From assembly GCA_963741945.1 (NCBI GenBank), contig CAVUKA010000005.1:384001-448000 (forward strand): a DNA stretch of 64,000 nucleotides, written 5' to 3'. Origin of the DNA: an uncultured Gemmatimonadales bacterium. GTDB taxonomy: Bacteria > Gemmatimonadota > Gemmatimonadetes > Longimicrobiales > RSA9. The notes beneath the pieces were generated by a model. It saw nothing but the letters and a program-made list of their open reading frames with translations, was not told where the DNA came from and ran no database searches. Of this stretch, positions 46,897 through 57,156 are shown piece by piece. The translations under genes and the position numbers were made by a program. Positions within the stretch are counted from its first letter, which is position 1, and the number at the start of each line of letters is the position of its first letter.

Positions 46897-47775
46897 CTAC
46901 GCCTCTGCGGAGCGACGGAGCATGGCTTCCATCTCCCGGTCCAGCGCTTCCGGGTACTCGTGGCCACAATCCCGCCCCACGGCGCGAGCGGCCTTCCGGA
47001 ACAGTGCCACCATGGAGAACAGCGCCTCGCGGCCGCCCGCCAGTGTGGGGCCACCATAGCTCCCGTCCAGCAGGTCGCGATCCGAGGGGTCGAGGAGCCA
47101 GCGCAGGCCGCGGCCGCGCACTCCCACCGCCTGGTCCCACCCCCGTCCGAGCTGGACGTACCACTCGAGCATCGGGATGAGGCAGCGGTAGCGCATGACG
47201 CACTCGGCGCTGTAGCGCGCGGGAAGCAGCTCCCCGCGGGCCAGGTACTTGCCCACGTAATAGCTCTCCCACCAGAACTCATCGACCAGCGCTTCGTACT
47301 CCGCCGCCTGCGGCTGCCGCGGGATGTACGCGCTCCCGGACGGGAGCGGCAGGCGAGCGGCGTCGCCATCCCGGTCCAGCAGCACGCGGTAGCCGTTCCC
47401 GAGCCAGTCGGGGAGGTTCACCTGTTCCGCGATCCGGTGCAGCAGATCCACGCGCGACAGGGTGAAGTCGATCCGGTGCCCGCCCCGGTACTGCACCAGG
47501 CGGGTCGGCACCCGCTCGCCCCGGTGCTCCGTCCACTCCCGCAGGACGATGAGCGGCTTGCCGAAGGTCTCGATCCAGGCGTCCCGTTCCGCGTGCCGCG
47601 CCCCCGGCGACAGGAACAGGACTACGTCATAGTCCGAATGGCTGTCCATCGCCCCCTGCGGTGTGGCTCGCGAGCCCACCAGCAGGGCGGCGCGCACCGA
47701 GGGGTCACCCGCCGCCCACTCCTGCAGCCGCGTCTCCATCTCATCGCTGTATGGCGATTCCCGTGTCACCGTCAC
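46897..47775 (-). CDS. Aminoglycoside 6-adenylyltransferase-like nucleotidyltransferase (AadK/ANT(6) family)
   Basis: GSRA, DSHSDYDV, RIDFTL, VLLDRDG and EFWWESYYVGK. Confidence 0.82.
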   Translation of the reverse strand: MTVTRESPYSDEMETRLQEWAAGDPSVRAALLVGSRATPQGAMDSHSDYDVVLFLSPGARHAERDAWIETFGKPLIVLREWTEHRGERVPTRLVQYRGGHRIDFTLSRVDLLHRIAEQVNLPDWLGNGYRVLLDRDGDAARLPLPSGSAYIPRQPQAAEYEALVDEFWWESYYVGKYLARGELLPARYSAECVMRYRCLIPMLEWYVQLGRGWDQAVGVRGRGLRWLLDPSDRDLLDGSYGGPTLAGGREALFSMVALFRKAARAVGRDCGHEYPEALDREMEAMLRRSAEA

Positions 47776-48488
47776 CTCGTCGAATGGGGTTCGAGCGCGT
47801 CCATGACGCGGCTCGCCAGCGCCTCCAGCGCCGCGCGGCGCCCATGGACCACCTGGCGGAAGATCGTCCTCGCCAGGACGTAGCTGCCGCCGAACGCCAC
47901 CAGCGGGACACCGAGCCCGATCACCAGCGAGCCCAGTGTGGCGCCGACGCCCACACCCACACCCAGTCCCACGCCACCGCCGACTCCGCCGACCAGGCCG
48001 CCGAAGAGCCCGCCGGCCAGACCGCCGTAGCGCTCCTCCACGCGCACCAGCGTTCGGCCACCGGACGCGGTTACCATCACCTGGAGCGTCCGGACGCTGC
48101 TCGCGCTCTGGGACTGCCACGTGAGCGACCGTCCCACCAGGCTGCCGTGACCGGGCAGATCCGCCGTCTGCTGGATCACGGCCACCACCGCGCCCAGCGC
48201 TTCCGTCGTGACCTCGAACGGGAGCACACGCTCCGTCCGCACCCTGGTCGGCGCTCCCGCCAGCCGCGCCACCGAGGCGTCCGCCCCGCCGGTGTCCAGC
48301 TCGATGGCGGCCTGCCGGAGGTGCGCCGGATCCAGCCCGACCTCGGCCGCGATCGCTTCCAGCTCCCCGAGCGTCAGGCCGGCCGAGGGAGCCGCGGCCC
48401 CCTCCGTCGCCTGCAGCTCGGCCGCCCGCTCCAGGATGCGGCTGACTTCCCGCTCCCCGTAGCGTCGCACGGCCGGAAGTTCGCTCAT
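47772..48488 (-). CDS. Hypothetical membrane protein
   Basis: RYGEREVSRILERAAELQ...LTLGELEAIAAEVG, with two C-terminal Gly-rich TM segments. Confidence 0.75.
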   Translation of the reverse strand: MSELPAVRRYGEREVSRILERAAELQATEGAAAPSAGLTLGELEAIAAEVGLDPAHLRQAAIELDTGGADASVARLAGAPTRVRTERVLPFEVTTEALGAVVAVIQQTADLPGHGSLVGRSLTWQSQSASSVRTLQVMVTASGGRTLVRVEERYGGLAGGLFGGLVGGVGGGVGLGVGVGVGATLGSLVIGLGVPLVAFGGSYVLARTIFRQVVHGRRAALEALASRVMDALEPHSTR

Positions 48489-48570
48489 CCCGGTACTATA
48501 GCCCCGACCCCACACCCCTGCCATGCCGCTCCCCTCCCGCCGCGCCCGAGATTCACTACCTTCCTCATCC

Positions 48571-50412
48571 ATGCGCACCTTGCGAGGGCCGGCACTCGAG
48601 CCGTATGAGCGGCGCACGCTCGCCGCCACCTTCTTCGGCGCAGTGGACCGCTTCGGTCCGGCGCCGGCATTGCGATGGCGGGAGGGCGACGCCTGGCGAG
48701 AGCTGTCCTACCAGGAGGCGGCCGACCACGTGGCCAGGATCGCTGCCTGGCTCCACGGCCGCGGCGTGGGCCCGGGCGACCGCGTGGGCCTGCTGTCCGA
48801 GAACCGGGTCGAATGGACGCTCACGGACTACGCCGTCCTGACGCTCGGTGCGGTCACGGTCCCCGTGTACGCGTCGCTCCCCGCCGACCAGGCCGCCTAC
48901 ATCCTGGGAGATGCGGGCGTGCGCGGGGTGGTGGTGTCCAGCGCGGCGCAGGCGGCGAAGATCCGGAACGCCATGCGCTCGGAGGGGCTCACCGGAGTGG
49001 AGTGGCTGGCGGCCATGGAGCCGGCGGCCGACGCGGTCGCATGGAACGAAGTCATGGGGTCACCCCCGCTCGCCGATCTGCGACGCCTGGCCGCCGCCGT
49101 TCGGCCCCGCGACCTGGCCAGCATCGTGTACAGCTCCGGCACCACCGGCGCGCCCAAGGGCGTCATGCTCACGCACGCCAACCTCGCCTACATGGTCGCC
49201 GCCACGGGCCAGTCCGGCTGCGTGCCGGTCACGCGCGGCGACACCTGCATCTCCATCCTCCCCCTCGCCCACGTGCTGGAGCGCGCCGCTGACTTCTTCT
49301 TCTGGGACGAGGGCGTCACCATCACGTTCGCGCGCGGCGTCGAAACGCTGGCCGAGGACCTCCTCGCCGCGCGGCCCCACGTCATGGTCTCCGTCCCCCG
49401 CCTCTTCGAGAAGCTCCACGACCGCGTGGTGCGCGGGCCGGGGGCCCGGGGACGCCTGGGCCGCTGGGCCCGCGACGTGGCTGCCCGCGTACGGGCGGCG
49501 GAGCGCGAGGGCCGACGGGTCACGGTCGCGGATCGGGCGCGGCTGGCCGTTGCGGACCGCACCGTGTTCGCCACGCTCCGGCGACGCACCGGCGGCCGCC
49601 TGCGCGGGTCCATCTCGGGCGGCGCGCCGCTCTCGGCGGCGGTGGGCGACTTCTTCTTCGCGGCGGGGCTTCCGATCTACGAGGGGTACGGCCTGACGGA
49701 GACTTCGCCCGTGCTCACGGGCAACCACCCGGAGGCCGTACGGATCGGTACGGTGGGACGCCCCTATCCTGGGGTGGAGATCCGCATCGCCGAAAGCGGC
49801 GAGATCCTGGCGAAGAGTCCGGGCGTCATGGTGGGCTACTGGGACGATCCCGACGCGACGGGCGAGGTCATCGATGAGGAAGGGTGGTTTCACACGGGCG
49901 ACGTGGGGGAGATCGATGACGAGGGCTTCCTCCGGATCACCGACCGCCTCAAGGATCTCATCGTGACGGCGGGCGGGAAGAACATCGCGCCGCAGGCGGT
50001 GGAAAACCGAATCACGTCCTCGCCCTACATCGCGCAGGCGGTGATGATCGGAGATCGTCGGGCGTTCCCGGTTCTGCTGGTGGTCCCGGACTGGGAAGCG
50101 CTCTCGCCGTGGGCCGAGCGGCATGGCGTGGACCTGTCGAACCGCGCCGCCGCGACCCGGGACCCGCGGCTCCTCGACCTGTTGCACGATGAGACGGCCG
50201 ACCGCGTCCGGGACCTGGCCCGTTTCGAAACGCCGAAGCGGTTCTCGCTGCTGCCCGATGAGTTCACCGTCGACGCGGGGCTCCTGACGCCCAGCCTGAA
50301 GACCCGCCGGCGGGCCATCGAGCAGGCGTTCCACGAAGCCATCGAACGCCTCTATGCCGAAGTGGGGCACCTGCGCGATGAAGTCATGAACCTGCGCGCC
50401 CGTCGGGATTGA
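48571..50412 (+). CDS. fadD: Long-chain fatty acid-CoA ligase
   Basis: YSSGTTGAPKG, YEGYGLTE, WFHTGD and DRLKDLIVTAGGKNIAP. Confidence 0.9.
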   Translation: MRTLRGPALEPYERRTLAATFFGAVDRFGPAPALRWREGDAWRELSYQEAADHVARIAAWLHGRGVGPGDRVGLLSENRVEWTLTDYAVLTLGAVTVPVYASLPADQAAYILGDAGVRGVVVSSAAQAAKIRNAMRSEGLTGVEWLAAMEPAADAVAWNEVMGSPPLADLRRLAAAVRPRDLASIVYSSGTTGAPKGVMLTHANLAYMVAATGQSGCVPVTRGDTCISILPLAHVLERAADFFFWDEGVTITFARGVETLAEDLLAARPHVMVSVPRLFEKLHDRVVRGPGARGRLGRWARDVAARVRAAEREGRRVTVADRARLAVADRTVFATLRRRTGGRLRGSISGGAPLSAAVGDFFFAAGLPIYEGYGLTETSPVLTGNHPEAVRIGTVGRPYPGVEIRIAESGEILAKSPGVMVGYWDDPDATGEVIDEEGWFHTGDVGEIDDEGFLRITDRLKDLIVTAGGKNIAPQAVENRITSSPYIAQAVMIGDRRAFPVLLVVPDWEALSPWAERHGVDLSNRAAATRDPRLLDLLHDETADRVRDLARFETPKRFSLLPDEFTVDAGLLTPSLKTRRRAIEQAFHEAIERLYAEVGHLRDEVMNLRARRD

Positions 50413-50854
50413 CGGCCGCCGGCCGCGCAGGCCGCCAGACCACCCAGCGGAAGAACAGGAGCAGGAGGGCCACCCCGATCAGGCTCACGCCCACGCTGAA
50501 GCCACCCACCCTCACGCTCACCACCACTTCCAGCGGCACCACCTCGTACCAGTCCGCGGCCCGCCAGCCCACGGCCGGGACCGCCAGCCACGCGGCCAGG
50601 CCGAGCCACCGCCGAACCAGGACGCCCGTGCGGAGCAGGTGGACCAGTGCGCGTACCACGAGCGCCACGAAGATCGCGGTGGACACCAGCCGGGTGACGT
50701 ACGCGCCAGCGCTCGCGCCTTCCACCACCCCCGTCCCGATCCAGGCGCCCAGCTCCTGCAGCCGCTCCACCGCCGCCCCGCCGGCGAACAGCGTGAAGAG
50801 CGTGACCAGCAGGATCACGCGGCGCGAGAGCAGCCCCGCGTCACCCGAGACCAT
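50384..50854 (-). CDS. Hypothetical membrane protein
   Basis: Four hydrophobic segments; translationally coupled to the upstream gene. Confidence 0.6.
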   Translation of the reverse strand: MVSGDAGLLSRRVILLVTLFTLFAGGAAVERLQELGAWIGTGVVEGASAGAYVTRLVSTAIFVALVVRALVHLLRTGVLVRRWLGLAAWLAVPAVGWRAADWYEVVPLEVVVSVRVGGFSVGVSLIGVALLLLFFRWVVWRPARPAAVNPDGRAGS

Positions 50855-51267
50855 CAGAGCGCGCCGAGCTGCGTCATGAGCGACACCAGGTCCGCCACGC
50901 CCCGCTCCTCCACGATCCGCCCGTGCTCCGCCCGGTACAGCGTCACGCCCCGCACGCTCACGCGGGCGCCCGCGGCCGCGACCCCGAACAGATCACCCTG
51001 AGTGTGTGTGCCGCCGTACGTCCACTCCACGGCTGCCCGGTGCCCGTCCACCAGCACCGTCCGTGTCGTGGTCACCAGGTCGGGGAAATGACGGAACGTC
51101 TGCTCCAGCGCCGCCCGGAAGGTGTCGACGCCACGGATCGGGCGGTCGAAATGGGCGTAGTCCACCACGATGTCCGGGTCCGCCAGCTCATCCAGCAGGT
51201 GCAGGTTGCCGGCGCTCCAGACCTGGATGAACTCACGGGCCAGGAGGTCCATGGCCGACTCGGTCAT
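50854..51267 (-). CDS. SnoaL-like ester cyclase
   Basis: FPDL, GTHTQGDLFG and GRIVEER. Confidence 0.85.
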   Translation of the reverse strand: MTESAMDLLAREFIQVWSAGNLHLLDELADPDIVVDYAHFDRPIRGVDTFRAALEQTFRHFPDLVTTTRTVLVDGHRAAVEWTYGGTHTQGDLFGVAAAGARVSVRGVTLYRAEHGRIVEERGVADLVSLMTQLGAL

Positions 51268-52076
51268 TCCGCTCCCCCGCCCAGCGAGAGCACCTGATCG
51301 AGCCCGCGCCTCAGACCGGCCTGCTCCGCCACGTGTCTCGCCGCCACCAGCGTCCCTTCCACGTACGGCGCCGCGCTGCTTCCGCCGTCGAACCGGAGCG
51401 ACAGACGCTCGCCCTCCGCGCCGAAGATCACTTCCGCGCCGATCACGATCCCGGGGACCCGCACCGAGTGCACCTGAATCCCCCCCATCGTTGCGCCCCG
51501 GCACGCTCGCTCGCCCTCCGTTGCCTCCACCGGTACCGCCACTTCGGGGCGGGCGACGCGGGAAATGCGGCTCACCAGCTCCCGGACCGTTCCGCTCGGG
51601 GCGTCAGGCTTGCGGGCATCCGCGTAGTCGAGGATCTCCCACGCGGGCAGCACCGCCGCCGCCATTTCCGCGAAGCGCTGGAGGAGAACGGCCGTGATGG
51701 CGAAGTTCCCGGCAGCCAGGACGCCCACACCGGCCGCGCTCGCGGCCGCGTCGATCTCGGCATAATCCTCCTCCGTCAGCCCGGACGTGCCGATGACCAC
51801 GTGCACGCCGCGCTCGATGGCGGTGAGCGTGTGAGCTTTCGCACTGGAGGGTGAGGTGTAGTCGATCAGCACGTCGGCACCCCCGTCGAGCGCTTCCGCT
51901 ACCGTCCCCCGGATGAGGAGGTCGGTCGTGCACCCGGGCACTGCCTCCCCCAGCGGCCGCCCCGCCGCCGAGCGCGACACGGCCCCGGACAGCTCCAGGT
52001 CAGGCGCCGCTTCCACCGCCGGCGTGAGGCTCCGCCCCACCCATCCAGTCGCTCCCGCCACACAGATCCGGATCAC
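51264..52076 (-). CDS. dapB: 4-hydroxy-tetrahydrodipicolinate reductase
   Basis: GATGWVG, IDYT, VIGTSG, NFA, KPDAPSGT and HSVR. Confidence 0.88.
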   Translation of the reverse strand: MIRICVAGATGWVGRSLTPAVEAAPDLELSGAVSRSAAGRPLGEAVPGCTTDLLIRGTVAEALDGGADVLIDYTSPSSAKAHTLTAIERGVHVVIGTSGLTEEDYAEIDAAASAAGVGVLAAGNFAITAVLLQRFAEMAAAVLPAWEILDYADARKPDAPSGTVRELVSRISRVARPEVAVPVEATEGERACRGATMGGIQVHSVRVPGIVIGAEVIFGAEGERLSLRFDGGSSAAPYVEGTLVAARHVAEQAGLRRGLDQVLSLGGGAE

Positions 52077-52095
52077 CCTCTCGCCTCCCCCGCGT

Positions 52096-52674
52096 TCATT
52101 GACCGTGTCCATCCATTCCGCTGTCGGCGGCACCCGGGGAACCGCCGCCCCGGCGCACCGCCGCAATGTGCCCCACGTGGTGTCTGCCGTGCCATGCGTA
52201 CAGCTGGAGCAGGAAATCCAGTGTGATCCGCCCCGACTCCGGGTGCATCACGGTTCGCTGGAAGTCCGCTGGAGACAGCGATCGGAGCAGCCGCGCCCAG
52301 CGCGTGTGCAGCCCGTCCAGGATCGCCAGCGAGGCGTCCACGCCGCCGCGGGTGGCGTCGGGCAGCTCCGCCCACGCCGCCTCCTCGAACGTCTTGATGG
52401 TCGGCTCATCCTCGGTGAGCGCCAGCTTGAATCGGATGAACGCATTCAGGTGGCTGTCCGGCAGATGATGCACCACCTGACGCCCCGTCCACCCGCCCGG
52501 CCGGTACGGCGAGTCCAGCTCGGTCCCGGACAATCCGGCAACCGCCTGCCTCACCATCGATGGCAGCGCCGCGATCGCTTCGATGAGCGCGTCCCGCTCA
52601 CCCTGGGAGAGCGTATCGCGCGGGCGGAAACGCCCGCTCGGGTAGCGCAGCCGCTCCAGCTCCTGCTCCGTCAT
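52096..52674 (-). CDS. yfiT: YfiT/BstA-like DinB-family thiol transferase
   Basis: LRYP.G, YRPGGWT..QVVHHLPDSH and YAWHGRHH. Confidence 0.88.
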   Translation of the reverse strand: MTEQELERLRYPSGRFRPRDTLSQGERDALIEAIAALPSMVRQAVAGLSGTELDSPYRPGGWTGRQVVHHLPDSHLNAFIRFKLALTEDEPTIKTFEEAAWAELPDATRGGVDASLAILDGLHTRWARLLRSLSPADFQRTVMHPESGRITLDFLLQLYAWHGRHHVGHIAAVRRGGGSPGAADSGMDGHGQ

Positions 52675-52704
52675 CTCCGCCAAGCTCGCCTCGTCGTTTG
52701 GGAG

Positions 52705-53250
52705 TCAGCTCCGGTTCCGCCAGGCCGCCCTCGGATGCCCGTCCGGCCCCATCTCGTACAGCCCCAGCCCCTCCCCCGCGCGCGCCTTGGCGATCCACAG
52801 GATCTGCCCCGTATGCATGGAGAAGTGCTCCACCGCGTGGCAGATTGCCTTCAGCACGGTCGTTTCATGCCCCTGGATCCGGATCTCCTCGCCCAGCCGC
52901 GCCGGATCCAGCTCCGCCAGCACCGCCGCGGCATCGGTCACGGCCGCCTCGAGCCGCTCCAGCAATGCGGCCCCGCCCTGACCCTCCGCCGCATCGAACT
53001 CCGCCTGGCGATGGCGCGCGTCGGGCGCGCCGCCAACCCCGCTCACGATCCACTGCCGGATGTTCCCGGCCAGGTGGAGGAGCAGGTTGCCCACGCTGTT
53101 CGACGCCTCGTTCGGCCGCCACCAGAGGTCCTCCTCCGGCATCCGTTCCAGCGCCCGGCGGATCTTGGGCACGTAGTCCTCGCGCAGCAGGCGACGCGAC
53201 TCGGCCACGATTGCCGTCCCCGCATCGAATCCGGTACCGGCATTCACCAT
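52705..53250 (-). CDS. DinB-family protein (DUF1572-like)
   Basis: WWRPNEASNSVGNLLLHLAGN, R..EF and HFSMHTGQI. Confidence 0.88.
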   Translation of the reverse strand: MVNAGTGFDAGTAIVAESRRLLREDYVPKIRRALERMPEEDLWWRPNEASNSVGNLLLHLAGNIRQWIVSGVGGAPDARHRQAEFDAAEGQGGAALLERLEAAVTDAAAVLAELDPARLGEEIRIQGHETTVLKAICHAVEHFSMHTGQILWIAKARAGEGLGLYEMGPDGHPRAAWRNRS

Positions 53251-53272
53251 CAGGCTCCTCGTTCCACGGTGG

Positions 53273-53701
53273 CTACAGCGCCTTGCCCAGTCCTCGCAGG
53301 ATACGGTTCGCCACTTCGCGATCGTGCTGCACCAGCTGGTTGGCGTACTCGTAGACGAAATCCCGCAGCCCGGGGTGGCGCACGCCCACTTCGGCCGGAC
53401 TCATCAGCGTCAGGTCGCCATCCGCGATCTGGCGCAGCAGCGCCCACGGCTTCTCGTATTCGGTGCCCGGCCCCTCGATGGAGAACGTGTGCAGCGCCAC
53501 GCGCAGCGCGAGCATGAACGCGTCCAGCGCCGCCCGGTCCGCCACGGCTTCCGGCCCCGTCGGTATGGCCTTCCCGGGCGGAGCGGTGCCCGATTCCTGC
53601 TCGTTCGCCCCGGTCCCCGGCTCCCGCTCGGGACCGAGATCCTCCTGCCAGCTGCGGCGGTCGGCCTCACCGCCGCCCGCACCCTGCGAGCTGTCGTTCA
53701 T
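53273..53701 (-). CDS. Hypothetical protein
   Basis: Coupled to the upstream ADH stop codon; the C-terminal half looks globular. Confidence 0.55.
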   Translation of the reverse strand: MNDSSQGAGGGEADRRSWQEDLGPEREPGTGANEQESGTAPPGKAIPTGPEAVADRAALDAFMLALRVALHTFSIEGPGTEYEKPWALLRQIADGDLTLMSPAEVGVRHPGLRDFVYEYANQLVQHDREVANRILRGLGKAL

Positions 53702-54717
53702 GGCTTCAGCACGATCCTCCCCAGAACGGCTCCATCGCGCACGGCGTCGAGAGCCTCCTGGAAACGGTTCAGTGGAAGGGTCCGGTCCACCAGCGTTTTC
53801 ACCTTCCCCTCAGACACCAGCCGCACGGCCTCCTCCAGCTCCGCCAGCGTGTTCCCCACGCTGCCCATGACGCGCGTTTCGCCGATCACCAGCCCGATCG
53901 GGTGCGTCTGGAGCGTGTCGAACGAGTACCCGATGAACACCAGGGCGCCTCGCTTCGCCAGCATGCCCACCGCCACGGGCATGGTCTCCTTCGTCGCCAC
54001 CAGCTCGAACACGACGTCGGCTCCACGCCCCCCCGTCAGCTCGCGCACGGCCGCGGCCACGTCGTCCGTCTCGTCTGCATTGACCACGTGGTCGGCGCCC
54101 AGCATGCGGGCCCGCTCCAGCTTCACGGGCGTCCGCCCGATCCCCACCACGGTGGCGCCCCGGAGCTTCGCGACCTGCACCAGCCCGTACCCGACCGCAC
54201 CAATGCCGTACACCACCACCACGTCGCCCTGTCCCACTTCGGCCAGGTTGCACGCGTGGATGGCCGTGGTGACTCCGCAGCCGATCGGCGCCGCGGCCTC
54301 CGGGGAGAGCGAGTCCGGCAGCCTGACGGCGTTCCCGGCCGGGACCACGATCGCTTCCGCGTAGCCCCCGTCGTTGAAGAAGCCGTACTCCGCCTTCAGC
54401 TGACCGCAGAGATTCTCATCGCCCCGCCGGCACCACTCGCACTCCCCGCAGCCGGCGTAGTAGTAGACGAGCACCCGATCGCCTTCGGACCGGTCCGTTA
54501 CGCCCGGTCCCACGGCGTCGATCACGCCGGCGATCTCGTGCCCCATGGTCAGCGGCTGCACGCCCAGGTTCAGCAAGCCCGACTGGAAGTGCAGCTCCGT
54601 GTGGCACACGCCCGCCGCCTCGATCCGCACCCGCACGTCTCCCTCGCCGGGCTCCGGCCGCGCTACCTCCTCCAGGCGGAACGGCTGCTCCGGGCCGTGA
54701 TAGCGGACCGCCCTCAC
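53698..54717 (-). CDS. Zinc-dependent alcohol dehydrogenase
   Basis: GVCHTE, GHE, CGECEWC..C and GIGAVG. Confidence 0.92.
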   Translation of the reverse strand: MRAVRYHGPEQPFRLEEVARPEPGEGDVRVRIEAAGVCHTELHFQSGLLNLGVQPLTMGHEIAGVIDAVGPGVTDRSEGDRVLVYYYAGCGECEWCRRGDENLCGQLKAEYGFFNDGGYAEAIVVPAGNAVRLPDSLSPEAAAPIGCGVTTAIHACNLAEVGQGDVVVVYGIGAVGYGLVQVAKLRGATVVGIGRTPVKLERARMLGADHVVNADETDDVAAAVRELTGGRGADVVFELVATKETMPVAVGMLAKRGALVFIGYSFDTLQTHPIGLVIGETRVMGSVGNTLAELEEAVRLVSEGKVKTLVDRTLPLNRFQEALDAVRDGAVLGRIVLKP

Positions 54718-55337
54718 CGCGAGCCCCCCACCCCGCCGCCGGACCCCGCGCCGGGCTCCTCGCCCGCTTCGCTCGCCGTCGCGTTCGCGCTGTCCACCGG
54801 CTCCGGGGTGCGGTTCTGGACGCCCAGCAGCTCGACATCGAACACCAGCGTCGACATTGCCGGAATGACGCCGTTGGCGGCCGGCCGTGTTCCATACGCC
54901 AGACCCGGCGGGATCACCAGGCGACGCTCGCCGCCCACCTTCATGCCGACCACGCCCTGATCCCACCCCTTGATGACCTGGCCGTAGCCCAGCGCGAACT
55001 GGAACGGCTCGTCACGATCACGGCTCGAGTCGAACTTCTTCCCCGACGGCAGCCATCCCGTGTACTGCACCGTGACAATGTCGCCCGAGTCCGCACGGGC
55101 GCCGGTGCCCTCCCGCACTTCCTGCACGTATAGCCCGCTCGGCCGGTGCTCCATGGCGGATAGATCCACGTTCAGCGAGTCGGCGTAGTTGCGCGCCGCG
55201 CGCAACGTGGGGTCGCGGTTCTCCTGCGCCGTGTCACCGCCGCTGCAGGCGACGAGGCCGGTCACCACCAGTGCGGCGAGCGAGAGCGGGACCGCCCCCC
55301 GGGCGGCCAGGGTCGAAAGTCTCATGGTCCGTTCCAT
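54714..55337 (-). CDS. FKBP-type peptidyl-prolyl isomerase lipoprotein
   Basis: Lipobox LVAC, YTGWL, FDSS, VIKGWD, IPPGLAYG and LVFDVEL. Confidence 0.93.
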   Translation of the reverse strand: MERTMRLSTLAARGAVPLSLAALVVTGLVACSGGDTAQENRDPTLRAARNYADSLNVDLSAMEHRPSGLYVQEVREGTGARADSGDIVTVQYTGWLPSGKKFDSSRDRDEPFQFALGYGQVIKGWDQGVVGMKVGGERRLVIPPGLAYGTRPAANGVIPAMSTLVFDVELLGVQNRTPEPVDSANATASEAGEEPGAGSGGGVGGSR

Positions 55338-55449
55338 TCGAAGAGGGAGCGCCGATGGCGGATGGTAGGATGCCGCGGCCAGGATGCCAAGCGGGCGCCG
55401 GCACCGCCGACGCCCGCGCCCTTCCCCATACTTCCCCGTCGGGCGGCGG

Positions 55450-56178
55450 CTAGTCCAGGGAATACTCGATCGTGGAGACCACGCGCACCGTCTTGTTCAG
55501 CTGGTCCGCTTCATTGATCCCGGGCGCCTGGTCCCGCGGCAGGATCTGGAACACGCCCTGGTTCGCCGTGCGGATCCCGCCGACTTCGCTTCCCGAATCC
55601 TTGGCGAACTGCGCCGCCGCCTCCCGCGCGCTCGCCGTGGCCTCCGCGATCATCGAGGGCTTGAGATCGTTCAACCGTGTGAACAGGAACGTGGGCTTCA
55701 CGGGGCCCCAGCCGGTGCCGCTCCGGAGCAGCACGCCCGCGTCCACGAGCTCGCCCACACGCTGGCTGGCGGCGTGCACCGCCGCGACGTCCTCCGAGCG
55801 CACGACCATCAGCTGCTGGATCGTGTACCGCATGCCCCGCTGATTCGGGTCCCCGTACGGCACCGCCAGCCGGTCGGTCACTTCCACGCCCTGCAGCTCC
55901 ACGTTCGTGGTGTCGATCCCGTGCGACGCCAGGAACGCCAGGACCGCCCGTGTGCTCCGCTGGACCTGCGACTGCGCTTCCGCCAGCGCGTCGCTCGCGG
56001 CCACGACCTGGAACGGCCACAATGCCAGGTCAGCCTCGACGTCCCGCTCCGCCAGACCCTTCACGGTCACGTACCGATCGCGCCGGCTCTCCAGCACCCC
56101 GTGGCCCGCCGCCCAGCCCGCGAACCCGATCCCCACCGCCAGCACAAGGGCCGCCATGACCCACCGGTTCCCGTTCAT
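55450..56178 (-). CDS. SIMPL (DUF541) domain protein
   Basis: VTVKGLAERDV, KPSMIAEAT..AR.AA.QFA and KTVRVVSTIEY. Confidence 0.88.
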   Translation of the reverse strand: MNGNRWVMAALVLAVGIGFAGWAAGHGVLESRRDRYVTVKGLAERDVEADLALWPFQVVAASDALAEAQSQVQRSTRAVLAFLASHGIDTTNVELQGVEVTDRLAVPYGDPNQRGMRYTIQQLMVVRSEDVAAVHAASQRVGELVDAGVLLRSGTGWGPVKPTFLFTRLNDLKPSMIAEATASAREAAAQFAKDSGSEVGGIRTANQGVFQILPRDQAPGINEADQLNKTVRVVSTIEYSLD

Positions 56179-56271
56179 GCGCTCCGCTCTCCCTCTGCGC
56201 CCGTACGCCGGGTTGGCCCTCGCGGCCACCTCCGGTCACCGGCTCTGCATCCGTCTACCAGCCGCCCATCC

Positions 56272-57072
56272 CTACAGTTCCGACCGAGACCGCCCCGCGT
56301 TCGCACGGACTGCCGCCGCCACATACGCGCTCAGCCCCTTCGCACGCTCCTCGTAATGCGCCGCGAAGCGCGCGTCCGTCTCGTACATCGCGGCCAGCTC
56401 CGCGTGCATCCCCGGGGCGCACGGATAGAACCACCGGTCGATGTGGAGGCGCGCCCGCTCCGCAGCGGCCATGGCCGCTTCCCCGCCCGGCGGCTCCCCC
56501 GCGGCCATGAGACGCGCCATATCCGCCTCGATCGCCGATGACTCGGACTTCAGCAGCTCCCAGTCCGCTCTCGTGTACCCCCGCGCCCGCCGCATCGACT
56601 CACGATACGACGACGTCTCTCCCCAGCGCTCCCGGACTTCGCCGCCGTGTCTCGCCTGCTCCGCGCGGACCTCCTCCGGTGCATCCAGCGACTCGAATCC
56701 CTCGAACATGTCTTCCACCTCCAGCCTCTCGCCTCGATCCATGGCTTCCAATGCGCGGTCCACTGCGCGGATCATTGCTTCCGCGCGCTCCGCCCTCTCC
56801 CCCAGCAGCTCCCGCTGCGCCGACAGCGCGGCCCGACGATCCGGCGCGGGACCGTCCATCAGCCCGCTGATCGCCTCCAACGACAGACCGAGCTCCCGAT
56901 ACAGAAGCACCTGGTGCAGCCGCTCGAGATCCCCTGGCGCGTAGAGCCGATACCCGGACGCCGTCCGCCCCGACGGCGTCAGCAGCCCGATCGCGTGATA
57001 GTGATGGAGCGTCCTCACGGTCACGTTCGCAAGCGCCGCCACTTCCCCCACCGTCCATTCCTTGCCCACCAT
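56272..57072 (-). CDS. MerR-family regulator with TipAS effector domain
   Basis: TVRTLHHYHAIGLL, GYRLY, ERWGET and MYETDARF. Confidence 0.92.
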   Translation of the reverse strand: MVGKEWTVGEVAALANVTVRTLHHYHAIGLLTPSGRTASGYRLYAPGDLERLHQVLLYRELGLSLEAISGLMDGPAPDRRAALSAQRELLGERAERAEAMIRAVDRALEAMDRGERLEVEDMFEGFESLDAPEEVRAEQARHGGEVRERWGETSSYRESMRRARGYTRADWELLKSESSAIEADMARLMAAGEPPGGEAAMAAAERARLHIDRWFYPCAPGMHAELAAMYETDARFAAHYEERAKGLSAYVAAAVRANAGRSRSEL

Positions 57073-57156
57073 GCCTCCTTTCGCCGAGCCGCCGGTTGCG
57101 GCCGGATCGCTCCCGTCGAGCGCACGACCGCTCCGCTGGCCGCCACCCTTCCGACC

